Shown here one piece after another: positions 35,473 through 47,935 of a stretch of 64,000 nucleotides of DNA. The notes beneath the pieces are model-generated. The model saw nothing but the letters and a program-made list of their open reading frames with translations. It had not been told where the DNA came from and searched no databases. Both the position numbers and the translations under genes were made by a program. How positions within the stretch are numbered: the first letter of the stretch is position 1; the number at the start of each line of letters is the position of its first letter. Origin of the DNA: Fistulifera solaris (Eukaryota); assembly GCA_030295235.1 (NCBI GenBank), contig AP026150.1, positions 248,001 to 312,000 of the forward strand. Reading direction: 5' to 3'.

Positions 35473-35611
35473 CGAGAATTGTGGATGATTTTGTCTCGTC
35501 GATTCCCTATCCCTTGATTCATATTTGATAGTAACGCATAACCATTGCCTAGGTTTCAGAAATTTAGAGAATGAGTTTACTAGTCGCCCAGATGTTTGTG
35601 CCGCACGTAGT

Positions 35612-36381
35612 CTACACAATTTCCGGTTTATCATCGAATTTCTTCATTGTATACACGCGATCGGCGTCGTCGTCCTCGGTCATCTGGGCCGATTCCTCGC
35701 CATCATCTTCACTTGGTAACTTAACTTCTTCATCGAGAGCCAGGTCATGCATTCGTGGCGGGATATTATCAGTAGATGATACAACAATACCGTCTGGTTC
35801 TCGATCATTATCTCTCGGCAGGGGATAATGACAAAATATGAACATGGATGCGACGAACCAGAACACAACTGATAATATATCCGATCGAGATCCCCAGTAT
35901 AAATTGCAGGTATTTTCTTGGCACAAGGTCGTTTGAAAGAAGACAAACGACACAGCTTGACAGACGGAAGCCATAAATACTTCATAACCCGCCCACCTCC
36001 ACGTCCCCCGAGAAAAAGTACAGCATGTAGCAAACCAAAGAAAAAATGTCCCGCCGCCTCCCAGTACCAGTGCCATGAAGGCAAACGCTTCGCTCACTTT
36101 CCATGGAGTCTCTTCCGTATTCACCAACGACGGTGGATATTGTAAACACTTTCCAGTATACGAAACTTCCCATGCTCCTGTGTCTCGATTTTGTTTCGGT
36201 TGGCGGTAAGCTTTTATACCGGCTTCCACCCATGGTGCATCCCCCAATTTGCTGACAACTTCTCCTTCTAATCGAACATAATCGCATTCGTCTTGAAAAG
36301 ACTAGCTATCCATCCCATTGTTGTTAATACAGTAGGAACTAAAGGAAATGCTCCCTGTGGTAGTAATCGACAGGATGCCAT
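35612..36381 (-). CDS. Claudin/LHFPL-like tetraspan membrane protein
   Basis: Four hydrophobic helices, Cys-containing loops (GKCLQY; LCQENTCNLYWGS), acidic tail; indel near 36295. Confidence 0.55.
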
Positions 36382-36744
36382 ATTGTTATGAGGAAGATAA
36401 TTCGAGGGAGAAGTAGTTGCAAAGAAGAAGGTTCGGTATAACGGAAAAGGCGTCGCATTACGATGCTTAATCAATGCAAAATGCAAATGCTGCTTTTCGA
36501 CTTCGTCGTCACATCCAATGGTGTGTTGGTTCGTGTTTCACATTATTATTTCAAGCAAAAAAGCCTGTGGCAATGACTTTATGACTGTTGCAAAAGACTC
36601 AACGAATGAATGACTATCTACAAAACAACCTTCAGTACCGGATAAAGCTACCAGTTATCTCCCTAGTTTTCAATCAAGAAATACGGCCACGATGCTTTAT
36701 GATAAAAGTAAAGGAAAAAGCAAATCCTCATCAACTGTTTAATC

Positions 36745-37946
36745 TCAAAGTCGAGACGGCGGTCTCCACCGAATCTTTTCATCGGCCGAAAATGGTAATC
36801 GATGAGTCTCTCCATCATCGAAGAATCGTACAGTCAAAACTATCTCGTCCACGATACGGACGGGTTCCTCGACGACTTCTCCACGGCACCAACCATATTC
36901 TTCGTTCCAGAAATACTCTACTACAGTTCCTTTTCGAATCGATTTGGCCCATGGTGGTAATTGGGGCTGACCGATTTTCAAATCTTTGCTCGCCTCATCG
37001 GTGGCTGCCGTGATTTGCTTAGCTATTTTGCGCGCTCGGGCCATGCCCACTTTTTCTTCTATTAAACCACTGACATAAACAAGCCGCTCTACACTATTTG
37101 GCATCTCCAGTACTTTTTGACGTTGACTGGTCGTAAAGTCGGCGATTTCGGCGGCGAGAAGTGATGCTGCATACATGGTTCGCTGAATCGAGAAATCGGA
37201 CTGTTCGCTGTCCATATAGAAGGCACGAAAGACCTGTAAAACGGCAGCTTTTTCCATGGCGAGTTCTTGTATTACTATTGGCATCATAGTGTTCCCGGTT
37301 TCTTCTAAAATAGCCTGTTCCAAAGGAGACACCTCCCTGTCGTTTCGACTTGGTGTTGACAGTATTCGTCGAGGAATTCGAGTAGACGACTGGTCTGTTT
37401 TGTTGAATCGACAACATCATTCTTTAAAGATTTACATTCAGAAGTATCTTCATCCACGAACTCGTCGACAAGAACAATAGGAAAAGGTATTTCTTGCAAC
37501 ACTTGCTTCACAACGAATCGAAAGGAACCTTTGCAGACGAGGAGTCGATTGTCGGCACCCAGCGTGGATAGTACCCGTGACGCGCAACCCACAGTTCCCA
37601 CCCGCGGCTCTATACAAACATGCCCTACGTAGGAATCTGTGTTTTCCGTGGCGTATTCTACGATCGAGCGGTCGACGGCTATGTCGATGTCGATGCTGTA
37701 AATATTCAAAGTAGCCAACTCGTCCGGCAAGTGTGATGATGGGAGAGGGAGAAATGTATCCCTTCGCAAAAGAGGAATTTTGAAATTTTCAATAAGGGGC
37801 TCGTTGTCGATGGGAAGAGAGTTTCTTGGACAGGATTTCGCATCCAAAAGGCGATGACGAGAACGACCGAATACTTTGGGGGCAAATGAGTATCCAGAGA
37901 CGTGACCAATTATCGCCGCAATACACAAGACTGCTCGAGGTCTCAT
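36745..37946 (-). CDS. Lon N-terminal (substrate-binding) domain protein with C-terminal Tudor/SH3-like domain, probably plastid-targeted
   Basis: Signal peptide + VSGYSF; VGTVGCAS..LLVCKGSFRFVVKQVLQEIPFPIVLVDEFVD; QRQKVLEMPNSVERL; indel at ~37335. Confidence 0.65.
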
Positions 37947-38862
37947 TCAAGTTCACTCTTTAGAGAGGAAAATGTATTCTGGATAATAAAATAATGATAA
38001 TGATTCATCGATTGCAGAATTATTAATAATGAATACAGCCATCATGCTGCTTTTCGGGCTCGAAATTTTGTTTCGTTGGGTATTCGTCATGATACCAGTA
38101 GGGTTAGGAGTTCCGACGATACCAGGTACAGGCGACGTACAGCGTACAGCTAGTGTGACATCGTGAAGGACGGAATGACGGACGGACGACATCTAAACCT
38201 AGCTACTACGTACGTAAAGCGCCGAGATCAACAACTCCTCTTGCCCTAACGATACTTAAACTTCACTACAACGTATTATGCTGTTTCGATGAATACATTT
38301 GCCAGGTACAGGGACGATGGCAAGAAACTTAGGGATCGCAACACCTTTGCAGCGTTGCTGCCTGGCTGGGCTATTCGCAAATTAAATCGTGTCTTTTTTG
38401 TTGTTTCCTTATTAATGTCTTTGAAAACTTTAACTGGAATACTTATCATAAGCTTGAGTTTGATTTGGTTTGTGACGCCATGTGGCTGTTTTTGTCTTAG
38501 CAGCCGGCATAATTGTTGGCAATTGTTCGTGATTCGTGAATGCACCTACAAGCCCGAAATGCTATTGCCTTTTGTTTCCGTTGTACTTCCGAGAGCTCTT
38601 TATCAGTCTCAGAGAGACAACGTCGGATACATCGTAATTTATTGTAGATGAACAATTATTTAGTCGTATTGTACCAAAGTACACGTTTGGTACACAAAGA
38701 GTAATACCACGTTTCGCCGCACGACTGCAGCATGCAGCATACTAATAATACAGAAAGCGCGAAAAACGAGGCGGCATTTTTTCGAAAAGATGATGAAACG
38801 CGAAAGCCAAAACATACATGCGAACTTTCATTGATCTTCACAAGCTTTGTAGAGACAGAAAG

Positions 38863-40371
38863 ATGCGTGTAAATAGCGCTTACAAACTAGGAATAGGTCT
38901 CTCTTTCTTAATATTGTATTCGATTTGGGCGAGTTATCAATTTGCACTTTCTTACCCAAGGCGAGAGAAATTACGAAGTGCGAAGGCTTGGGGAAAGAGT
39001 AGTGACCTTACGCCATTTTTCACGGTGGAAGAAGTCAATGAAATCAGACAATCCGGTATTGATTTTGTGAAAGGAAGTAACATCGAAGTCGGAGAAGGAA
39101 CAAACTACTGGCCAAGTTGGAGAAATGATACGATTCAGATTCGACCGATGCTGGAATTTATCAAGGAAATCTTGCTCGAAACGAATACTACTTACACCGA
39201 AACGAGGGAGCGAGACAGCAAACAGAGGTATATGTTTGCTGAGACGCCGTATGTTGTTAGCAGCACAGGTGTGTCTACGAGCAAAATTTTGAGAAGGAAT
39301 AATGGCGGAGGTCAGATAAGACACCGACTTTTGCCGGTGGAAGGCTTGATCCATGAGGCGATCCAACTGTTGATGATTTCTCGGAAGAAAGAGCGTGAGA
39401 AAAGATGGGCGCAACTGGATGAACTCTTGATACAGAAGGGGTATAGCTTTCCTTTCCTGGCATTCTTTGGAGACCACAATTCTTGCGACTATCACAATTA
39501 CCGCGACAAAAAGAACGTATCGCACAGTCTCCCTCTGTTCACATTTGGCGTCAAAGGAAATGCTCTAGGTTGCTGGAATGGATTTCCTATGCCAAGTTAC
39601 AAAATGATTCGCGATTCAAAAAGAAGTCGAAAGACTGGGATGCTAGTTTCCGGGATCGCGACTTTCGTTTTCCTTGGCATACGAAAATTTCCAAGGTTGC
39701 TTGGCGGGGCAGTCTCTCAGATGTGAACGCCGCTATGAATGGGGAGACTCCCAGAAGCAAGCTGGTTGCGTTTTGCCAATGAGGCGTTTAACAAAACCAA
39801 TCTCTTTGACGTCGGGTTCACAAGCAACAACCACTTTGACTATTTTAATTTTTCGTCGCCGGATCTTCTTATGAAAGAACCCATCAGACCCTTTGAAGAA
39901 TTACAGCAGTTCATGGCTATCATTGACATTGATGGTAACGCATGGAGTTCTCGGTTTCCAACACAGCTTTGTTTGAACAGCGTTAGTTTGAAAGTTGAAC
40001 CTCGCTATCCGGATTATTTCGTCGGATCGCAGGCCAAACCAGGTGTCCATTACATCCCTATCAAAGGCGACTTGTCCGACTTACTGGAAAAGACACTATG
40101 GGTGATGCTTCACCCAAAAGAGAGTCGACGCGTTGTCGCAAATGCACGGAAATGGTGCCGAGTGCATATGGTTTGGAAGTCGCTGGCTCACGATATGCTG
40201 GATATCTGGGAGAAGTATGTCACGTGGTTGAATGAGCATGATCCAAGTTGGTCCGACATTTGGGAAAAACAATGGAAGATATGGGGCCGACAATCCTCCT
40301 CGTTCCGGCCACTAGAGATTGCGCAGGACCTATCTATTGAGTCTCTTGCGGGAGAGTTTCCAAGCTCGTAG
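38863..40371 (+). CDS. Glycosyltransferase family 90 (CAP10/POGLUT-like), copy 1
   Basis: TM anchor, PW..KISKVAWRGS, IIDIDGNAWSSRF, PGVHYIPIKGDLSDLLEK, VANARKW; two apparent indels (~39625, ~39773). Confidence 0.85.
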
Positions 40372-41210
40372 GTTAGTCATTTGTTTATTTAACGTTGTAA
40401 TCCGAATAGCTCCTACAAAAGCATAATGTTTTGAAAGTTCATCAAAAAGATGAATGATATCCGGTTCTGGTAGTCGTGGAAAGCTGTATTGGAACATAAA
40501 AATCACTAGTTTTGGTTGATTTTGTTGACGTTTTCGAGGTCGCAAAAGTGACTATGTCCTTCACCTAGGTCCAATTACTTAGGATACAGCATCTTGTTAC
40601 CAGTTGCTTCAGACTACGTCGAACGATAACAAATCTAGTGTACATAATTGCACCAGGTATCACCGGACACCGGACTATGTATCGTGACTGAATCTCAGTC
40701 TTGGAATCCATGGACCCACACTTGACCCTCAGTGAGCAAAATATGCGAGAAATTATAAACCATTTGTGACGAAATTAGAAGAATCTAAGCATTAAAAAGT
40801 TTTGCTTAAGGTCCATATTTTTGAGACGAGGGCTTACAAAGCTAACAAAAGAGACGGGATTATGTGCGCATCGATTGTGGTTTCGGTTTTGAATAAATAG
40901 TTCATGACTCATGACTGAAATGCAGCTGTTGTTTCCTTTCACCTACACTTTGAGTTGTGATTTGCTAAGAATTGGACATGAAGTAGAGCAGCCTTGACAG
41001 TGAAACATCTTTTGGTTTTGGGGAACACACAACTCGGAGATGTGAGAAACACAAGAAAGAAAAATACTAATGATGCCTACTAGGTGCTAGTGCTAGTGCT
41101 CGAGCTACCCAGCCACGATTGTGATGTCAGCGTTTTTAGCGAGTTATGCTTCGTGTGATGACGCACATTTTGGTCGCCCAGCTTCTCGTTTCTCTTGTCA
41201 CTCATTCCCA

Positions 41211-41231
41211 TCGCCACTCGCCACTCGCCAT
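41211..41231. repeat. 7-bp period tandem repeat (TCGCCAC)x3
   Basis: tcgccac tcgccac tcgccat. Confidence 0.75.
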
Positions 41232-41321
41232 CAAAAAATAAAAAATCTCCAGCACACAGAGCAAAAGCACAACAGAAATGGCGAGCTGCCCTACATCCCC
41301 CTATCCCATTGTCCCCATGCG

Positions 41322-42908
41322 ATGAGAATAAATATCACTGTTAGCTTTGCAGCAGGAGCAGGCTTTGTTACACTATTTTCGCTATGGAGGAGTCATCAAG
41401 TTCTTATAAGCAATGCGTCTTTGCAAAGTATGGCTTTGCTCAGTGTGACCGGTACTTTCCATCAGGCCCCTGTTGACCCTACTCAGCTCAGTAGTGATTT
41501 AGCTTCGTTACTCACGGCTGAAACGATCAACACAATAGCGGAGTCTGATATTTCTTTTGTGAGGAATGAGGTTGCTGGTGACATTTGGCCGAGTTGGAAA
41601 AACGGCACCCTGCAGCTACAGCCGATGCTTGATTTCATCCATCGACTTCTCGTCGATCCAAGTAATACCTATACTGAAACGAGAGAAGGTAGCTTGTTGC
41701 AAAGAAGAATGTTCATAGAAACCCCGTATATTGTCAGCCAATCGGGTCTCTATTGCAGTAGTTCGGTGAAGAAAAGGAATATGAGATTCCAGCAACGAAA
41801 CCGGCTGATGCCCGTCGAAGGCTTGATGAACGAGGCCTTGAAACTGTTTCACTCTTCCCAAAAAAGTGAGCGTCAAGCGAAATGGGCTCAACTGGATAAT
41901 CTTTTAGCGCAAGGACACAGCGTTCCTTTTCTGGTTTACCCTGGAGATTACAGATCATGCGGTTTCCACAACTTCAGAGATGAAAACAACGTGTCACAAA
42001 GTCTTCCTCTGTTTACCTTTGGCGTGAAGGCAAACGCGCTTGGTTGTTGGAATGGATTTCCTATCGCCAGCTATAAAATGATACGTGATTCCAAGCGCAC
42101 ATGGCAAGATTGGGACCAAGAATTTGAGGAAACAGATAAACGCTATCCATGGCACAAGAAAATTTATAAAGTGGCATGGCGGGGTAGTCTTACCGATCGC
42201 AGTGCCCTTGGAGACCTTGGCCTTTTCGATGGGGTGACACCGAGAATGAAGCTCGTTGCATTGGGAAATCACGCCTATAACAAAACGCAATTGTTTGACG
42301 TCGGGTTCGCGAGCACCCAGAATTTCGAAAAAAGAAATATTTCATCGGTAGATTATCCAACAAAAGGGCCTATCAATCCGTTTTCGGAGATGCAACGTTA
42401 CATTGCGATCATTGACATTGATGGAAATGGGTGGAGTTCTCGATTTCCAACACAGCTCTGCTTGAACAGCGTGAGTCTGAAAGTTGAACCTCGCTATCCG
42501 GATTACTTTGTCGGATCGCAAGTCAAACCAGGGGTACATTACATCCCTATTAAGCCAGACTTGTCTGACTTACTGGAAAAGACACTATGGGTGATGCTTC
42601 ATCCGAGAGAGAGTCAGCAGATTGTCGCGAATGCGCGGGAATGGTGCCGAGAGCACATGGTTTGGAAGTCTCTGGCTCACGATATGCTGGATATCTGGGA
42701 GAAGTATGTCACGTGGTTGAATGAGCATGATCCAAGTTGGTCTGACATTTGGGAAAAACAATGGAAGATATGGAAGCGCAGAGACTTCCCATCCGAGATG
42801 CTGCAACCATTCAAACGAAAAAATAATGGTCCTCTTCGTTTTCGGCCCGTCAAAGTCACTCCTGAACTTCAAGGCTTTCTCCTCGGCATAGTTATGAAGT
42901 ATTCGTGA
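41322..42908 (+). CDS. Glycosyltransferase family 90 (CAP10/POGLUT-like), copy 2 (tandem paralog)
   Basis: YPWHKKIYKVAWRGS, IIDIDGNGWSSRF, PGVHYIPIKPDLSDL; colinear with copy 1. Confidence 0.88.
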   Translation: MRINITVSFAAGAGFVTLFSLWRSHQVLISNASLQSMALLSVTGTFHQAPVDPTQLSSDLASLLTAETINTIAESDISFVRNEVAGDIWPSWKNGTLQLQPMLDFIHRLLVDPSNTYTETREGSLLQRRMFIETPYIVSQSGLYCSSSVKKRNMRFQQRNRLMPVEGLMNEALKLFHSSQKSERQAKWAQLDNLLAQGHSVPFLVYPGDYRSCGFHNFRDENNVSQSLPLFTFGVKANALGCWNGFPIASYKMIRDSKRTWQDWDQEFEETDKRYPWHKKIYKVAWRGSLTDRSALGDLGLFDGVTPRMKLVALGNHAYNKTQLFDVGFASTQNFEKRNISSVDYPTKGPINPFSEMQRYIAIIDIDGNGWSSRFPTQLCLNSVSLKVEPRYPDYFVGSQVKPGVHYIPIKPDLSDLLEKTLWVMLHPRESQQIVANAREWCREHMVWKSLAHDMLDIWEKYVTWLNEHDPSWSDIWEKQWKIWKRRDFPSEMLQPFKRKNNGPLRFRPVKVTPELQGFLLGIVMKYS

Positions 42909-42922
42909 TTCGTGAATCGTGA
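42902..42922. repeat. 7-bp period tandem repeat (WTCGTGA)x3 starting at the GT90 stop codon
   Basis: ttcgtga ttcgtga atcgtga; same unit x2 at 38526-38539. Confidence 0.75.
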
Positions 42923-43157
42923 CTCCTTTTTGCAAGATCAATTTGTTTCTTTCTTAGTCTAGCAGTACCGGAATGATATTTGAAAATTAAAGCTAGGTAG
43001 ATCTTCAATACCGTTAGACATTCATTTACGATTTCGCGGTCACGACAAAAGGTTTCACAGGTCTCACGATGTCCAACTTGAAAAAGATTGTGACTTGAAC
43101 TAAGATAATGTGTGCCTCTAGTTTGAAACACTAAATTATTCCAATAATTGGCACATT

Positions 43158-43578
43158 ATGGCTCGTTCTAAGCAAACGAAAAGCTCCGACGGGAAGCATC
43201 GTAAGGAGACAAAAGAGGAGCGACGAATTCGTCTCGAGAAACAAGAAGAGGCTCGACAGGTACGACTGACCAAGCGCTGTGTGAAAGTGCCGAGCTGATC
43301 CTCTGCTTTCGTCTTTGCTCACGCTGCTTTCTGTTTCCCTTCAGGCATGTTTTAAGCTGCTTCCGTGGGCAGGGGTTCTTGTCGTAGCCGCCATGATTGC
43401 CTTTGCCTTGTACGTTCGATCCGTTCCTCCGAGGCCGGTTATCAGTCTAGCTTCAAATGTGGCCACGTCCACGAGTCGCCTTGATCCGGAATTCATAAAG
43501 GCAATGAACCGACCGATTCCTGATGCCAAGGAAAAATCGTCGGAGGGATCGGATAGTGCCGAAACGATTGAACTATGA
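43158..43578 (+). CDS. SMCO4-like (DUF4519) single-pass membrane and coiled-coil protein; 2 exons
   Basis: Intron 43260-43344 gives KHRKETKEERRIRLEKQEEARQACFKLLPWAGVLVVAAMIAFALYVRSVP, resembling the KKET..ERKQ..QEARQ..LP-TM-YV pattern of SMCO4. Confidence 0.6.
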
Positions 43579-43795
43579 TGAAACTGCTCGGTCGTTCGTG
43601 ATTTGAAAGAAAAAAGCCGAATACATATGTGCGTTTCTTTAAGAGTGTACGTTTAAAAGGGTTTATAATTGAGGGAGTAATTGCAACCAATGCTTCACCC
43701 GCTTCCGACCTCTGCACATCGTTAAGTTCTCCCGATTTCTCGTCGGATAACGTCGCCCATGCTTCCGCTCATAGAGAGCGGGCTTTTAAACACAT

Positions 43796-44173
43796 TTATC
43801 TTGCTTCGGTGACCTTGGTATTCGGCTTTCGACTTTCAATCGTCTCGCGTGCGTTCCGAAGCTTGTATCCAGCCATTGCTAAACTGCCATCGTGAATCCA
43901 TCCGATACCCATCAAGAGTGACAAAAATGGAAACAATGCGAAAAAGTCCTTGCATGTGCATGTCTCTGGACACAATGGCCAAAAGTTGGTCAAGAGAGAT
44001 ATAGCGAATGTTATTGCAATACACCCTGCTACAACGTCAGGCCATCCCATTTTGATCTTCCATTGCTTAAACATGAGCAATTTACCAGAAACACCGACAA
44101 GAGCGACTGCCACGAGTGTGTTGTATCTCCATACTTGAGCAGAAAACGCGTCCGTACAAGTTTGAGCATCCAT
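43796..44173 (-). CDS. Small hypothetical 3-TM protein
   Basis: 125-aa ATG ORF with three hydrophobic segments and a CPETCTC loop. Confidence 0.5.
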   Translation of the reverse strand: MDAQTCTDAFSAQVWRYNTLVAVALVGVSGKLLMFKQWKIKMGWPDVVAGCIAITFAISLLTNFWPLCPETCTCKDFFALFPFLSLLMGIGWIHDGSLAMAGYKLRNARETIESRKPNTKVTEAR

Positions 44174-44400
44174 AACTTTACCTACTCGTCCAGAAATGAG
44201 ATGTGATGATTTCTAGAGAAAGTTTTTTACATGAGTGGAGAATAATGAATATGAATGGTGAAAAGAACGGCATAAGAAAGAAGAAACGTCACGTAAGTGC
44301 AAACGCGACAGAAGTGACGCTTTGAAGTTATGCCGATACCTGCTGTGACAACAACGACAAGTGCAGCTCGGTCGCAGCGTATATTTTCAAAAAAAGACCT

Positions 44401-45409
44401 TTAGTAAAGAGCCAATGGCTCTGCATCGGTAAACGGGATGTATTCATCGGGGCCATAAACGCCGTGATAGACACGTAGTGTCTTTAACTGGACCGAGGCA
44501 TCTTTGCCAAAGAGAGAGTTACCGCCGTCCGGCATTCGTTCAAAATAAGACCCCAATTTTGAACGCGCTAGTTTCGGATTATCTTTAGAAAGAGGAATGA
44601 CCAATGAATCGGCACCAAATGATGGACCAGATTCAGGATTATCGACTGCACAACGCATCATAAAGCTGGTTGAGACCAAATATATAACACCAAACATTTC
44701 CAATGCATTTTCATCACGAACCTTGTGCAAACGAAGCACCGCCCACTTTCTTGAGTTTAATCCATCGATTTCCTTGACGCTGAAAGAGAAAAGCAGCAAT
44801 GGATCCGCGCGCCTCTCCGTATCCCACCCAACCTTTGGGATTGTATCCACCCGCCTGTATCCCCAACCGGCTTTCACAATAGACCAAACCACCCCCTTGT
44901 TTGTCGACGGCGGCGTGGAACTTCACCGGATCCCATCCATCCCGGTTGGCATCGTACGTGAGACGCAATCCTCGCTTCTCCAGGTTGGTCTTTCGGAGCA
45001 GGGGACGTAGATAGGCCATTTCGGAGTTGTCCGTTTCGACGGGTTCGACGTCAAAGTCCGTGGTAGTAGCAGGGTACTGTACGAAACAACAAGATTGAGT
45101 GAAACAGAGAAAAAGGGATTCGCATCAAAGGTGTGACACACCGACACACACCTGCTCCGGAAACCGATTCTCATCAAATCGTTTCAGTCCCAGGGGCGAT
45201 TCTTCCGGCTTTCCGAAAAATACCGTAAAAATCTTCTCTACCAAATCCGGTTCTTCTTCTACCGGAACTGGCTTCGCTGGTTCGTCCGGTTGATTTTTGT
45301 TGGGAAAGAAAAAATTGAGAGTCGATAATTGCAACTGCTTTTGCGTGGGCACAAATGCCTCGCACAAACGCAACAGAATAATCAATACAAGAGATATTCT
45401 AGTCAACAT
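44401..45409 (-). CDS. Plastid-targeted TLDc-domain protein; 3 exons
   Basis: LCEAFVP presequence; YDANRDGWDPVKFHAAVD..GGYNPKGW..AAFLF..GPSFGADSL; introns 45151-45077 and 44721-44646. Confidence 0.85.
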
Positions 45410-45645
45410 AGTGGGTTACTTCAAAATTGCTGTGTTGGAAGGCGTTGCGTCGTCGTTTTTATTGTCATCGTCGCATCTCATTTTCTCATTCGTCGACTTG
45501 AAGGACGGAGATCCGATTGCCGATTAAATACCAGTACGATGCATTCAAAAAAGCATTCGGTGTCAGTCACCCCCGTTTTTATTCACGTCAAAAAATGAGA
45601 CCTAGCAGGCAATGTTTCAAAAGCTTTTCTATGAGATCTAATAAG

Positions 45646-47509
45646 TCAATCTTTCATGTGCTGAATAAATGGACAACGCGTTGGTTGTTTCTTGGCCTTG
45701 CGTTGCTTGTGGCGCTGCATCTTCACCAAAGATACAAAGCAAAGGAAGAACTGTAGAAAGCCTCCCACACCCATTACACTATCGGGGGTTGTTTTCGCTT
45801 TCACGGAGCTATCCAGACAGAAGCGGATGATCAAGTACAACAAAACAGCGCCAATCACCTTGACCACAACTGATACTTGTTTCTTTTGGCGTCGAGGCTT
45901 GACGACCACCGGTTCGGGAACCAAGGCACTTCGCGACACTGAGGCTAACGAAGTATCGAAACTTCTGGACCATGAGCTATAGCTTCCTTGTAGACTCAGA
46001 TCATCTAAGTTGTCCGTGTAGCTACCGTTGAAGTTATAAAGATCGTCCGGAGTATTGCAACTGAACTCAGTCGCCACACCATAGTCGAATTGACTGGGGA
46101 ACTCGTTGGGGCTTGCGGATGGACCGGAATTCGATTCATTAGCGAAGTGCTGCGCTCTTTTCAAGACATGATCGACGTCAGTGGCAGTTGGTGTCTCTGG
46201 TTCCTCTTTTACCACTGTCATTGGCATACCCTTCTCCTGCATAGCCGTTGATACTCTCAACGAGGACGCAGACTTCTCCAATAGTGTGCGGATACGAGGA
46301 TTGGAAAGAATCTGCTTACTGATACCAATCATGTATCGACCTTCACATGATTCCGGGATAGCGATCAGTATTTCTCCGTGCGTGATGCCCATGCTTGCAC
46401 TGTTTCCACTCGCCATAACAGACAAGTTCGTGTACTCCTTCGATCGTCGACGAGGTCGGACAAGACCAATGTACTGCTGCGAACCGAGGGCTTTTTTTGG
46501 TGGCGTTGGCGGGAATTAAATGAATGATATCTCCGATCGTGGTGACCGATGGTGGGAAGAAGATTTGTATGAGCTCGAATATCTTTGCTTTTGGCTGCAA
46601 TAGCAACAAGAAAACCTTGATGAGCGGTTCGTCCGTGACCGTATCCCTAGCATGAATGGCAATGAACTTCTTTTTCCAGACAGACTGATTCGAGGCTCTT
46701 TGATTCGAATAGAGGAAGCTTTTGAAGAGCGACGATGTTTCCCGTCCGCGGTCGCAGGATTTCTAGCAGGCTTATCCCGCGGCGAGCTTTTGAGCGAAAA
46801 CGCTCGGAGAGCCAATGGGTGACGGTGCAGTCTCGCGTCGTGATTCATCCTTGGCGGGAGGCGTTTGATAAGATGTCTGCTGTGCGGTATCCTTTGTGGG
46901 CGTTACCGACATTCCGATTGGTTCTCTAAACTTCGTAGGCAAAGAGGATGAAATCTCGCGGTTGCGCATATGAAACTCAACACCACCTTTTCTATCGTGG
47001 GAAATTTCCGACGTCGTTGGTACAAATGAAGTGAGAGAGCAATGTTCAAGGAGCTCCTCATTGTCCGCATTGTTGTTGTTATAGGTCGCCACCGTCCGGA
47101 AAAGATGGTCGTCGATCAGATTGCGATCCTCCGCTAGGTCATTGTTTTCAGCTGTCGGAAGACCGTAGAGATGTTCGTCATCGCTATCAACAGTAGAGGA
47201 TGTTGGCGAAGGCTTGGGAGAAGCAGACAGCCCGGGGGAAATGAGGTTGCTGCTGTTGATGAACGGCGATGGCTCAATACCCAAAGGAGTGACGCTAATT
47301 GCGGTATACTGGTGTTTATTTCTCCCACCCGTTCGTCGGAGCGTAGGAGAGATTCGCTGAAAGAAGTTTTGGGGGCTGTGGGGGCTCACCAAAGGGACAT
47401 AGTCCGCAGAATGACCTGGCTTGCGTATGCCTAGATTGCCTTCACTCTCGAGAAGGTCTACGTTGGATGGAACGTTCGACGCAGCGGTGTCTCTCTTGCG
47501 ACGAATCAT
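45646..47509 (-). CDS. Hypothetical protein: disordered N-terminus, central globular domain, two C-terminal TM helices
   Basis: Consecutive minus-strand ORFs can be joined by about 3 single-base indels; central VFLLLLQPKAKIFELIQIFF..TIGDIIHLIP..ILIAIP domain. Confidence 0.55.
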
Positions 47510-47914
47510 CTTTAGCTGTCAGTTCGTATGCGAAATAAGGTTGAAAGAGCGTTTTGATGTCACTTTCACGGTGCGAGAATGGATGCTCCTCTTTTGTGTG
47601 AAGCGTTTGAAAGGTGTTTGGGTGCCGTTTTAATTGATTTGAATGGACTTTTTCAAAATTGGCTGATTGCTTCGTGGAAGACCTCGTCTGCTTCCTACAT
47701 AGGGGAAGGCCTGCTCGGTAGTCCATAAATAAGAGGTTTGAAAATATACAGCTATGTACATTATTATGACAAAGGAAGAACGGTTTATGGTTTACGATCA
47801 GAGCGTGAAATCCAGCCACATATTCGAACAACGTCATACTATCGACCGATCTGTGTATTCGAAGTTGAAACCGGTATTCCGAACTATTTTTCTCCAAGGC
47901 AAAACAAGTCACAT

Positions 47915-47935
47915 GGTCACAGGTCACAGGTCACA
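47915..47935. repeat. 7-bp period tandem repeat (GGTCACA)x3
   Basis: ggtcaca ggtcaca ggtcaca, preceded by gtcacat. Confidence 0.8.

Noticed and set aside
30238..42908. Glycan biosynthetic cluster (GT34 + two GT90)
   Set aside because: Separated by unrelated housekeeping genes; the GT90 pair is a simple tandem duplication.
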